NCBI GenBank assembly: GCA_045106895.1 | Contig: JBGCFM010000062.1 | Span: forward strand, 113,745 to 177,744 | DNA length: 64,000 nucleotides | Direction of reading: 5' to 3' | Origin: Polyangiales bacterium | GTDB taxonomy: Bacteria > Myxococcota_A > Polyangia > Polyangiales > Houyiibacteriaceae | Shown here: one piece after another, positions 38,421 through 47,672 of the stretch | Position numbering within the stretch: position 1 is the stretch's first letter | How the letters are laid out: each line of letters begins with the position of its first letter | Program-made: the position numbers and the translations under genes | Notes under the pieces: model-generated | The model's database searches: none | Seen by the model: only the letters and a program-made list of their open reading frames with translations | Told to the model about the DNA's origin: nothing

Positions 38421-38453
38421 ACTCAGAATGGCAGATTGATTTCTGAGTGTAAA
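38421..38453 (-). promoter_or_regulatory. Sigma70-like leaderless promoter with overlapping inverted repeat
   Basis: Minus strand TTTACA(38453-38448)-17 nt-CATTCT(38430-38425)-6 nt-GTG38418. Inverted repeat ACTCAGAA-N12-TTCTGAGT at 38421-38448. Confidence 0.6.
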
Positions 38454-38484
38454 CAGTGGGGGTTTTCCGCGATTTCGCCCGGTG

Positions 38485-39831
38485 TTATTCGATATCGACG
38501 GTCGCCGACACGGACACAAACCAGCTGTCGACGTCGTACGTTCCTGGGCATCCACCGCCGGCGACGAGATCTCCGGGTTGGCCTCGTGGGCGCTGTGACT
38601 CAGGCACGCAGTAAGCGCTCGGCTGTTCGATGGTGTGCGCGGGGCCGCCCCCCCAGCCGATGCCGAGGTCGAGTGTCATTGGATCGGCGTGAAAGCCAAT
38701 GCCCCCGTAAAACCCATACTGAACCCCTGGTGGTGGGGAGAACGAGGTCATGGTCTCTGGGTTCGTTGCGGAACGGCCGAAGGTCATGCCTAGTCGCAAG
38801 GGCATCCCTGTTCGCAAGAGGATCTCTGCACCGAGGGTACCGACGTACGCGTTCTTCCATTTGAGGTCCGCGACGGTCCGGTTCTCCAGGTCTCCGGTGC
38901 TCTCGAACACTTGTTGTTGATTCGCCGTGGAGTGCATCTGAACTTTGAACTCCGCCGCGAGAAGCAGACGGCGCTGAAAGAACGTGTGCGACACACCCAC
39001 CCTGAACATGTGCGGCACTTGCCAAGCCGTCGTGGTCTGGAGCCGCACCTGGTTGCCAAACACCTCCGTGTTGGTTGTTCCGGCCATTTCAATGCTGACC
39101 TTGGAGCGGTACGCAGCCGCGATGGAGAGGTCAGCGGTCGGTCGGTAGGTCATGCCGACGAGCACACCCGGTTGCCCGACACCCGACACGTTCTGTTCCG
39201 CGTTCGTGAACACACCAAACGCCTCCTGCGTTGCGCTCACGGTCTGCTGCGCCCACGGAATTCGCAGAGAGGCACCCAGGGAGAGGTTCGGCGCAAGGGA
39301 CACCTGAGCAGACAGAGAAAGCTCGGTGACAAAAAGCCGAACGGACTGATCCTGAGGCGGAACGAGCAGGCCGCGGTAGTCAGCGTTGTCGCAATCCGGA
39401 TGCGCCCCCGCCACGGCGCTTTGGTACGAGATGCACCCCACGTCGTTGAACCCACCGCCGAACCCCGTGTAGACGTAGGCAGCGAAGCCAAGAGTGACAT
39501 CCTCCACAACCTCGCCAGCGGCCCCAACGAAGAAAAGCGGCGCGAGGATAATACCCGAGTTTTGCTCGGTGCCGGGGCCCGCGAAAGGAGCCTCGAGGTT
39601 AACCAGGAGCGTGGTCAGGACAAAGGTCGCGGAGAAACTCCCGACCTGATCCAGCTGCGCGGGGTTGTGGTAAATCGCCGCAGCGTTGTCGACGGTGGTC
39701 AGCGCGATGCCGCCCATTCCGGCCACACGCGCGTCGTAGGTCGCTGGAGGTTCTGGGTTCGCCCGGGCAATAGGAGTGGTGACAGCCGCGAAAGCGACAC
39801 CCATCAACGTCATCCAGGCGAGTTCCCTCAT
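38485..39831 (-). CDS. OmpP1/FadL/TodX-family outer-membrane hydrophobic-compound channel
   Basis: Signal peptide; ARVAGMGG...DNAAAIYHNPAQL hatch motif; amphipathic beta-strands. Confidence 0.85.
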   Translation of the reverse strand: MRELAWMTLMGVAFAAVTTPIARANPEPPATYDARVAGMGGIALTTVDNAAAIYHNPAQLDQVGSFSATFVLTTLLVNLEAPFAGPGTEQNSGIILAPLFFVGAAGEVVEDVTLGFAAYVYTGFGGGFNDVGCISYQSAVAGAHPDCDNADYRGLLVPPQDQSVRLFVTELSLSAQVSLAPNLSLGASLRIPWAQQTVSATQEAFGVFTNAEQNVSGVGQPGVLVGMTYRPTADLSIAAAYRSKVSIEMAGTTNTEVFGNQVRLQTTTAWQVPHMFRVGVSHTFFQRRLLLAAEFKVQMHSTANQQQVFESTGDLENRTVADLKWKNAYVGTLGAEILLRTGMPLRLGMTFGRSATNPETMTSFSPPPGVQYGFYGGIGFHADPMTLDLGIGWGGGPAHTIEQPSAYCVPESQRPRGQPGDLVAGGGCPGTYDVDSWFVSVSATVDIE

Positions 39832-39949
39832 ACCCCGATGCTATGCGCTTGCTCTGCTTTTCGAGAAACTTTCGCACCCTTTTTGGTGAACCGTCCGGAA
39901 GTCCGTCTGAACTGGCCCCAAAAGCGCGCCAACCGTCCCCCCGCGAGGC

Positions 39950-40498
39950 TCAGGAGAGCAGGCGGCGTGCGGCGCGATGGACGTGAGCGACCACGTCGTC
40001 TTGAGTCGCATAGAGACCGCTCGTCCATCCGATGAGGGAGGCGAACCAGACTTGCTGCAAGATCGTCGCGACGGCCTCCAGCTCCTCGTCGTCGGGCGAG
40101 TCGTCTCCGGCGATGGCCTTCATGAGCAGCCGCGTGGTGTGTTTCTGAAGACCCAGGACGTGAACCGCGATGTCCCCGCCGCCCACCAGAGAACGAAGAA
40201 CCGCGCGGGCCAAATTCGGTCGAGCCAGGAAGGCCGCCGTCGCGTGCACAAAAAAGTACTCAGCTCGCGCTCGAGGCGTGCTGCCCTCGACACCTTGGCT
40301 CATCGACTCGAAAAGTCGCTCCCCTTCGGCGGCCATCACAGCGACGAGAATCTCTTCCTTGCTCGCAAAGCGGTTGTAGACCGTGCCGAGGGCGACTCCG
40401 GCTTTCGTCGCGATGTCTCGCAAACGAACCGCCGCGTAGCCATTCTGCTCAGCGAGTTCGATGGCCGTATCGACGATTCGTTGGGCTCGTTCATCCAC
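39950..40498 (-). CDS. TetR-family regulator, KstR-like
   Basis: RIVDTAIELAEQNGYAAVRLRDIA..AGVALGTVYNRFASKEEIL; C-terminal PNLARAVLRS...VWFASLIGW. Confidence 0.85.
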   Translation of the reverse strand: MDERAQRIVDTAIELAEQNGYAAVRLRDIATKAGVALGTVYNRFASKEEILVAVMAAEGERLFESMSQGVEGSTPRARAEYFFVHATAAFLARPNLARAVLRSLVGGGDIAVHVLGLQKHTTRLLMKAIAGDDSPDDEELEAVATILQQVWFASLIGWTSGLYATQDDVVAHVHRAARRLLS

Positions 40499-40550
40499 GG
40501 GGCGTACCTACCACACTTGTGCCTCGCTGGACCGCGCCGGAGCGCCCGAA

Positions 40551-40748
40551 TCAGGGCCCCGTGAGAGAACCGAAGCCATCCGCGGCCCAATTCGCCAGAC
40601 TTGAGCCAGTCTGAGAGAGAAAGAGCCAGACCATAAAGAGAGCGACCACGCCAAAGCGAAGCGCAAGTCGCAGAATAAAACGCCCATCGCGCTTTTGTAG
40701 CCCTTGGGCGAGTTCATCCGTCTCTACTGGGTGGCTTGGCTCGCTCAC
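40551..40748 (-). CDS. Small single-TM hypothetical protein
   Basis: 65 aa with one TM; co-oriented just upstream of tetR. Confidence 0.5.
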   Translation of the reverse strand: MSEPSHPVETDELAQGLQKRDGRFILRLALRFGVVALFMVWLFLSQTGSSLANWAADGFGSLTGP

Positions 40749-40900
40749 CCCTGGAGCATGTGGCCCGCGCCGCTCCGTGCCAAGGCGAGAAATAGGCGCT
40801 TGTTGGTGGGCGGCGACTGCTTTTGCGAGGGTCGAGGGGTCGAAAAGCTAGTCACATTCCCCGATTCATGGCAGGGTCCGGACCGATTCTCGGAGGATCT

Positions 40901-42157
40901 ATGACGACGAAATTGACCATGCCTCAGCTCGGCGAAAGCGTCGTAGAAGGCACCATCGGCAAATGGCTGGTAGCAGAAGGCGAGCGTGTCGAAAAAGACC
41001 AACCGCTCGTCGAAATCCTAACGGACAAGGCGGACACGGAAGTGCCCTCACCAGTCGCTGGTGTTGTCTCCAATCTTCAAGGCGCTGAGGACGACATCGT
41101 CGCAGTCGGCGACCTGCTTTGCGAGATTGACGAGAACGCGAGCGGTGGCACGAGCGCGGCGAAATCGGACGAAAGCGACGACGAAGAGGTCACGCGAAGC
41201 GGGGAAGCGCCAAGCTCCCCGTCCGTTCGAAAGCTCGCACGTGAACAGGGGGTCGAGCTCTCGGCGGTGCGCGGCACCGGAGACGGCGGCCGGATCACGT
41301 CCGAAGATGTCCTCCTCGCCGCAACGGAGCGCGACGAGACCGTCGAACGCAAGGCCCCGGCGGAGAAGCCGAAACAAGCTCCTCGTCCAGCCACACCGCC
41401 ACCCGCTGCGGCCCCTCGAGCGACGAGCGCGTTCCGCGTGCCGCCGTACCGCCCGGCGGATGGAGATGAAGTTGTCCCGTTCACGCGACGACGCCGAATC
41501 ATCGCCGACCACATGATCTACTCGAAGGCGACCTCCCCCGAGGTGGTCACCTTCGCCGAGTGCGACCTCCACGCGACGGCTCGCATTCGCGACGCTCACA
41601 AGGGTCAGTACAAGAAGGAAGGCCTTGGCCTCAGCTACCTGAGCTTTGTTGTGCATGCCACGGCTCGCGCACTCCGCGAGTTCCCGGAGCTCAACGCCCG
41701 CGTTCTCGACGATGCCTTCGTCAAGCTCCGCGCCGTCAACCTCGGCATCGCCGTGGACACCCCCCAGGGCCTCGTTGTCCCAGTGATCAAGAACGCCGAC
41801 GACCTCACGGTCCGGGGTCTTGTCCGCGCCATCGCAGACATCGCCGAGCGAGCACGCGACAACAAGCTCACGCCAGATGACCTTGGCGGCAAGACCTTCA
41901 GCATCTCCAACCCAGGCCGCAAGGGCAACCTCGTCGGTGGCGCGATCATCTCGCAGCCGAACGTTGGCATCCTTCGACTCGGCACCATCAAGAAGCGCCC
42001 AGTCGTCGTTGAGCGCGACGGGGAGGACTTCATCGCGATTCATCCTGTGATGCACATGGCGCTCACCTACGACCACCGCGTCGTCGATGGGGTACACGCC
42101 AACGGCTTCCTCTACCGCATCAGCGAGATCCTTGAGCAGGGCGACTTCGAAGTCTGA
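40901..42157 (+). CDS. 2-oxoacid dehydrogenase E2 (dihydrolipoamide acyltransferase)
   Basis: GGAGG RBS; MPQLGESV...TDKA lipoyl domain; SPSVRKLAREQGV...GTGDGGRI E3-binding domain; DHRVVDG. Confidence 0.95.
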   Translation: MTTKLTMPQLGESVVEGTIGKWLVAEGERVEKDQPLVEILTDKADTEVPSPVAGVVSNLQGAEDDIVAVGDLLCEIDENASGGTSAAKSDESDDEEVTRSGEAPSSPSVRKLAREQGVELSAVRGTGDGGRITSEDVLLAATERDETVERKAPAEKPKQAPRPATPPPAAAPRATSAFRVPPYRPADGDEVVPFTRRRRIIADHMIYSKATSPEVVTFAECDLHATARIRDAHKGQYKKEGLGLSYLSFVVHATARALREFPELNARVLDDAFVKLRAVNLGIAVDTPQGLVVPVIKNADDLTVRGLVRAIADIAERARDNKLTPDDLGGKTFSISNPGRKGNLVGGAIISQPNVGILRLGTIKKRPVVVERDGEDFIAIHPVMHMALTYDHRVVDGVHANGFLYRISEILEQGDFEV

Positions 42158-42175
42158 CCCGCTTCGGGCTCAGCT

Positions 42176-42205
42176 AAAACGGCGGCTCTTAGGGCCGCCG
42201 TTTTT
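42176..42205. terminator. Bidirectional intrinsic terminator
   Basis: AAAACGGCGGCTC-tta-GGGCCGCCGTTTTT between convergent genes. Confidence 0.85.
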
Positions 42206-42207
42206 CG

Positions 42208-43773
42208 TTAAAAGCCGGGGCTGTACTGCAGGGTGTAAAGGTTGCCGCCGTCGCTGTCGGCGCCGTCGATGAGGATCAGATCGGTCTCACGATCGGGGTT
42301 CCATCGAATTTCGGTCCGGTTCCCGGACGCAGCGCCGTCACACTGCCGAGCGCCGCGGTTGCACTGCCGGTAGCGAGCGACGGAGTGACCGAAGTCGTCC
42401 GACCAGGAGCGAACACGTACTTCTTCGTTTGGTGTCGTCACGTTGAAGAAGTGCTCGCGGCGCATGAAACCGTTGCTGATGCAGCCGTTGAAGTAGAACG
42501 CGCTTGCACTAGCGGAGATCGAGCCGACGACGGAACCGCCGGCGCTGATGTCCATCTGGTCTCCGCACATATTCCCCTGGGAGGCGACGGAACTTACGTT
42601 CAAGACCCAGTTGGCGCCCGAGGTGTCGTCAAAGCGCGTGAGCAGAATGTACACCCGGCTTAGGCCTGGTGCGTCGCCAAGCCCTCGGAGAAAGAGCCGG
42701 CTCTGACGGTTGTCCCCGTCGATATCGTCGTTGCAGCCTCGTCCCGCAAAGTTCCAGTCTCCGCACTCATCGGTGACGGCGAGGATGGTATCGGCGGTGC
42801 TGCCTACGGTGTCGATGATGTAGTCGCGGCCTGCCTCAAGATCCAAAGCGAACACAACATCTGCCCGACGCGAGTTCGAACATTCTTGGTCGTAGTCAGC
42901 GTTGTACACTCCAAAGTCGCCGCTCACGGTCACGGGCCCGGACCCCGGAGCCGCGAGAAGCTGCGCGGTGTCGCAGGTGTCCGGAATCGTCGGTGGGTCG
43001 CATCCATCCGTGACGTCGCCATCGCAGTCCTGGTCGATGTCGTCGCAGATCTCCATAGCGCCAGGAAAGATGTCGGGGTTGGTGTCATCACAGTCGACCT
43101 GTGCACAACTCGGAGTGGGGCTGAACGTATCTCCGTCCATGTCCACGATCTCGTTGACGCACATCAGCGCTTCGGCGTCACACGTGTCGACGGTGCACTC
43201 GTCACCGTCCGAGCAGTCTGTCGCTGAGCCGCCTTGGCAGCCGTCCGCTGTGCAAACAGCGCCCTGGAAACAGAAGCCATCGTCGCAGAGTGCGTTGTTC
43301 GGGGTGTACACGCATCCCGTCTCAGCGCAGCTGTCGACGGTGCAAGGAACGCCGTCGTCGCACGCAGCATCATCGGAGCGTGACTCGCACAGACCTGTCA
43401 TGTCGTTGCAGCGCTCCATCGTGCAGTCGATGCCGTCATCGCAGACCACCGGCGTGCCCTCGGCGCAGCGGCCGCCTTCACACGTCTCGACTCCGTTGCA
43501 CGCGAGTCCATCGTCGCAGTTGGCGTCTGAGGTGCAACTCGCATCCACGCAGCCCATCAGCATGTCGCAGCGCTCCGAATCCGCGCATTGAGCGTTGTCT
43601 CGTTCGTTGACGCAGACGGTCCCATCACAGCGGTCGACGGTGCACGCCACCCCGTCGTCGCAATCCGTGGCGCACCCCATGGGTGTGCCGGGCTCGCCAA
43701 GGAGCGAAGGGTCAGGGTTGACGACGGCGGAGCAGCCGACGGAGAGCACGAGAGTGAGCAGTACGCGCTTCAT
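42208..43773 (-). CDS. Cys-rich surface lipoprotein (CDDGxxCTxDxC repeats plus a MopE-like metal-binding motif)
   Basis: Lipobox SVGC; about 6 CDDG..CT.D.C-type repeats; DCDDTNPDIFPGAMEICDDIDQDCDG. Confidence 0.85.
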   Translation of the reverse strand: MKRVLLTLVLSVGCSAVVNPDPSLLGEPGTPMGCATDCDDGVACTVDRCDGTVCVNERDNAQCADSERCDMLMGCVDASCTSDANCDDGLACNGVETCEGGRCAEGTPVVCDDGIDCTMERCNDMTGLCESRSDDAACDDGVPCTVDSCAETGCVYTPNNALCDDGFCFQGAVCTADGCQGGSATDCSDGDECTVDTCDAEALMCVNEIVDMDGDTFSPTPSCAQVDCDDTNPDIFPGAMEICDDIDQDCDGDVTDGCDPPTIPDTCDTAQLLAAPGSGPVTVSGDFGVYNADYDQECSNSRRADVVFALDLEAGRDYIIDTVGSTADTILAVTDECGDWNFAGRGCNDDIDGDNRQSRLFLRGLGDAPGLSRVYILLTRFDDTSGANWVLNVSSVASQGNMCGDQMDISAGGSVVGSISASASAFYFNGCISNGFMRREHFFNVTTPNEEVRVRSWSDDFGHSVARYRQCNRGARQCDGAASGNRTEIRWNPDRETDLILIDGADSDGGNLYTLQYSPGF

Positions 43774-44801
43774 TAGAAACTCCCCTGCAGCTGAAGCCCG
43801 ACACGTTCCGGCGACACGGTGGGTGAGAGCGTTGTCCGAGCCACGTCTTCGTCGTCATCACTGTTCCTCGAGAGCAGGAGGAACACCACCGTCGCCCCGC
43901 CGGCGACCAAAGCACCGACGCCGAGAATGTCTGCCACGAGGGCGCGCCCGTTCGCCTTCGCTTCTGCGTCGAGGCCTCGTTGACGGGCCTCCGCGCGTTC
44001 CATCCGACTCAACATTGGGTTGTTGGAGTCTTCCACCGCCTCGTCGAAGGAGGAGTTCGAGCTGATCGCCATGAGTCCGACGACGAGCGCGCTCACTCCC
44101 AATACCGCGGTCGCGCCTCCAGCGATGAGAACGGGTGTCGTCAGACGAACGCCGCCGCCGCTTTCCTCTTCTTCAAGGGGCTCGTCAACCACGGTCGTGC
44201 CAACGCCGACGTCCACACCAACGGCGGCCGCTTCCAAGTAGATCGGAAGCTCCCTCCGCGCGCCGCCTTCGATTTCGATGCGCTCTTCGTAGGGGGTGTG
44301 GCCGGGGCGTGTCGCTCGGATGGTGTGGGTTCCGGCGCTGAGTTTGATGCCATCCAGGATCGGAGCCGTCAGCGTGGTCTCGTCATCGATGGTCACCGTC
44401 GTTCCCTCGGGTTCGATATCGAAGAACACCTCACCGACCTGTTGCTGAAGCCGCGCGATGGCGGCACGTACTTCTCGCTCCTGGGCCGGATCTGGATTTT
44501 CTGCCTCGATCAAGAAGCGTTCAAAGTGGTTGAGGGCCTCCACCGGGCGTCCGAGGCCCTCGTAGCAATTGGCCATGTTGACACGCACGCTCGGGTGCGG
44601 AGCGATGCGATAAGCAGCCTGAAACGACTCGAGGGCCTCTGCGTAACTGCGAGCCGCATAAGACTCGACGCCGCTCTGGAAGGCGGCGCGGGCCGCGTCT
44701 CGATCTTGGGCCAGCGATGGGGACGCGATGAGCGAACCGAAAAGCAGGGCGACGGCAGCGAGCAGGCATCGACGCGCGGACATACCAAAGATAAGTGTCA
44801 T
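43773..44801 (-). CDS. TPR + PEGA domain protein
   Basis: AFQSGVESY...ALESFQAAY...NMANCY (TPR); EPEGTTVTID...LSAGTHTIRATRPGH (PEGA); C-terminal GLQLQGSF; TAATG coupling to the downstream gene. Confidence 0.85.
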   Translation of the reverse strand: MTLIFGMSARRCLLAAVALLFGSLIASPSLAQDRDAARAAFQSGVESYAARSYAEALESFQAAYRIAPHPSVRVNMANCYEGLGRPVEALNHFERFLIEAENPDPAQEREVRAAIARLQQQVGEVFFDIEPEGTTVTIDDETTLTAPILDGIKLSAGTHTIRATRPGHTPYEERIEIEGGARRELPIYLEAAAVGVDVGVGTTVVDEPLEEEESGGGVRLTTPVLIAGGATAVLGVSALVVGLMAISSNSSFDEAVEDSNNPMLSRMERAEARQRGLDAEAKANGRALVADILGVGALVAGGATVVFLLLSRNSDDDEDVARTTLSPTVSPERVGLQLQGSF

Positions 44802-44837
44802 TCCCACAGGATAAGGGGACGACCGGCGCCGTACAAA

Positions 44838-46157
44838 CTACGTTCGCCGACGCCTCGCAAAAAACAAGAGCCCAAATCCGACCAGGAATGCCCAGGCGCT
44901 CCCATTTTGATCCGAGATAGAGCAGCCCCCTCCGGAAACCCCAGCGCTCCCAGGAATCGCGCAGGGCGGGGCGAGGCAAATGTTGAGGGCGTAGTCGCGG
45001 ACCAGGTCCGCGTCCTCCACTTCGCACACCACCGGCCCGGGGCACTCGACGGGCCCAACAAGGTCGTTGAGGGAGAAAACACCTTCGAATGTGCGGCCTG
45101 CGTCCGCGCTTCGCCCGACATCCCAGGGCCCACTCGTGTGTGACGCGCAGGCCCACAGCTCCCCGTCGACTGCGTTCAGACACGTCAAGGACACGTCTTG
45201 CTGGAGGTGCTCAAAACTCGCCCCCGAGTCTTCGGAGACCCAGAGGCCCATTTCCGGGAAGACCTGCTCGCCGGTAACGCTGTCTTCGTAGGACCCAAGC
45301 TGTGGAGCGCTCACATAGATACGACCATCGAGCTGGGCAAAACCGGAGATCTCCGCCGTCAAAGAGAGGAGCGTCTCCCATGTCTCTCCCCCATCACGGG
45401 AGACAACCAGTCGTTCAGGTTGGTCGTAGGACTCCACGGCACGTACCACTCGGGCGTACACGGTGCTCTCCATGAGGGGGTCGACACCAAGCAGATAGAG
45501 ATTTCGCTCCCCCGCGGCCAACGGGAACTCGAAGCTCTCAAAACTCGCTCCTGCATCGACGCTTCGGAACGTGAATACGCGCCGCTCCGGCATGGACTCG
45601 GTGCGTGGGAAGGCGCCGCTCAGATACAGCACATCGGAGTTTCCGGGTGCGATGCGCAGTCGTTCAAAGAGGATCGTTGAAACGGTCTCGTTGACCGCCG
45701 ACCAGCTCTCCCCGCCATCCACCGAACGAAACACACCATTGTCTGTGCTGCGTCCATCGGAGGTCAGGGCCCAAATCACGCTTGGCGTGTTTTCGTCCGT
45801 GACGATATCGATGACGATGCGGTCGAGGAGCGGTGACGCCAACTCCCCGCCACAGGCGTTTGGTTCGGCTCGGCGTAGTCCACCGAAGGTGGCGCCGAGG
45901 AACTCCCCGCCCGGCGAACGAACCACCGGAATGCGCTCATTGGGCGAGCGTTGCATGGCGCCACTGCACACCCACCGCCAACCCGTGTCCGTGTCGAGCA
46001 CCAAACCATAGGTCGTCGTGAAGGCGGGCATGCCCATATCACTTGGTATGATTTGGTAGACCTCGGCGGCCGTGCCGTGGGCGTGAGCCGTCGAGATCTC
46101 CCCTACGCACAGGAGAAGGGCGGCGACAAGGAGAGCAGGCGTCGTTGGAAGGCGCAC
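44838..46157 (-). CDS. BNR/Asp-box beta-propeller protein with MYXO-CTERM-type tail
   Basis: RSVDGGESW, RSVDAGASF, SRDGGETW, SEDSGASF, RSADAGRTF; GGGCS...TM...RRRR tail. Confidence 0.85.
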   Translation of the reverse strand: MRLPTTPALLVAALLLCVGEISTAHAHGTAAEVYQIIPSDMGMPAFTTTYGLVLDTDTGWRWVCSGAMQRSPNERIPVVRSPGGEFLGATFGGLRRAEPNACGGELASPLLDRIVIDIVTDENTPSVIWALTSDGRSTDNGVFRSVDGGESWSAVNETVSTILFERLRIAPGNSDVLYLSGAFPRTESMPERRVFTFRSVDAGASFESFEFPLAAGERNLYLLGVDPLMESTVYARVVRAVESYDQPERLVVSRDGGETWETLLSLTAEISGFAQLDGRIYVSAPQLGSYEDSVTGEQVFPEMGLWVSEDSGASFEHLQQDVSLTCLNAVDGELWACASHTSGPWDVGRSADAGRTFEGVFSLNDLVGPVECPGPVVCEVEDADLVRDYALNICLAPPCAIPGSAGVSGGGCSISDQNGSAWAFLVGFGLLFFARRRRT

Positions 46158-46226
46158 GTCTTAATCATGGCACCACATCCGGGGCGGGGAAAGCGCCCGA
46201 AATGCGCAGTAGTGAACGGCCCCTGC

Positions 46227-47672
46227 GTGGTACGGTGCCGCATCGCTCAGGACGACGAAGAACGGCCCACACGCCGCCCAGGGACCCTTTCCCCTCTGCT
46301 TCCGACGGAACTTCCGCCGCCGAAGGCCGCTCCCTTGTCGCGTGCGCCGACGGAACAAGGCTACTCCGCCCCCGAGGAGATCGACACAGGCGAATCGAGG
46401 CCAATCTTCGCGCCGGGAGAAATCGTCGCCGAGAGCTACGAGATCCGCTGCCTCCTCGGCGAAGGTGGAATGGCGCAGGTATGGGAAGCACGGGACCACG
46501 TCCTCGACCGACGCGTCGCTCTCAAAGCAGCGTGGCCAAACCCGACGCTCCCGCCGCTTAGAAACGAAGCCCGCGCCCTCGCAGCCTTCCGCCACCCTTC
46601 CCTCGTCACGGTGCATGCACTCGCTGAACACCGAGGCATCGAGTTCATCGTCATGGAGCGCATCTATGGCATCACCCTCGCGGACCACATCGAACAGCGC
46701 ATCAACGCCGGCGAAACGTTCAAAGTCCAAGAGGTCCTCGCGCCGCTCATCGACGTCGCGGAGGGGCTCGCTGTCGTGCACCGCGCGGGCATCGCTCACC
46801 GCGACATCAAGCCCGACAACATCATGCTCACCGCGGACTCCCGTGTCGTGCTGATGGACTTCGGGCTGGTGCTGCCCGAGTTCGACGTCCACTCGCAGAA
46901 GATGGTCGCGGGTTCTCCGCCATACATGCCACCTGAATCTCTGTCGAACAGCGTGGAGCGCGGAGACGGTCAGCTCGTCGACATCTATGCCCTCGGGGTC
47001 CTCGCTTTTGAGATGCTCGCCGGCCACCGTCCGTTCTACAAAGCGAGCGACCTGGCAGAACTCTGGAATATGCACTCTGAGGGGTTCATTCCTGACATCG
47101 CCGACGAGCGTGACGATCTCCCCAAAGGGCTCGCCGCGTTGATCACGGAGCTCCTCGCCAAAGACCCAAGCGCACGCCCGCAAAGCGCCGAGGGTATCGC
47201 GTGGAGTCTCAAGAAGATGCGCTCAGAGCTCGACAAGCGCCCGGCCACAATCTCCCGCCCAGCTCCAAGCATCGCTCCCCGCGCCTGCGTCGAAGTCTTG
47301 CTCGTGGAAGACGACGCTGACCTCGCAAAGATCATGAAGTTCTACGTCACCCAGAGCCTCGGGAAAGGCGTGAACATTCGACACGCGACGGACGGCGAGA
47401 TGGCCATCGCGATGCTCCGAGAGAGCGCACCAGACCTCATGCTCCTCGACCTTCATATGCCGAAAATGAACGGCGTGGAGGTGTGCATGCATGTGCGTGG
47501 AGAGCGCATCGCCGACGACATGAAGATCGTCGCGGTAAGCGCGGGCGCCCAAGAGCACGACCTGCAGCTTTTGCATCAGCTTGGCATCTACCGCTTCATT
47601 CAAAAGGGCGCGGAGCTGAAGAAGAACCTTCACGAAGTGTTGAAGGCTCTCTTCCTCGATATGTCCGCTTAG
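46227..47672 (+). CDS. Ser/Thr kinase with C-terminal receiver domain (start uncertain)
   Basis: GEGGMAQV, VALK, HRDIKPDN, DFG, PPE; REC: LVEDD, LLDLHMP, QK. Confidence 0.9.
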   Translation: MVRCRIAQDDEERPTRRPGTLSPLLPTELPPPKAAPLSRAPTEQGYSAPEEIDTGESRPIFAPGEIVAESYEIRCLLGEGGMAQVWEARDHVLDRRVALKAAWPNPTLPPLRNEARALAAFRHPSLVTVHALAEHRGIEFIVMERIYGITLADHIEQRINAGETFKVQEVLAPLIDVAEGLAVVHRAGIAHRDIKPDNIMLTADSRVVLMDFGLVLPEFDVHSQKMVAGSPPYMPPESLSNSVERGDGQLVDIYALGVLAFEMLAGHRPFYKASDLAELWNMHSEGFIPDIADERDDLPKGLAALITELLAKDPSARPQSAEGIAWSLKKMRSELDKRPATISRPAPSIAPRACVEVLLVEDDADLAKIMKFYVTQSLGKGVNIRHATDGEMAIAMLRESAPDLMLLDLHMPKMNGVEVCMHVRGERIADDMKIVAVSAGAQEHDLQLLHQLGIYRFIQKGAELKKNLHEVLKALFLDMSA

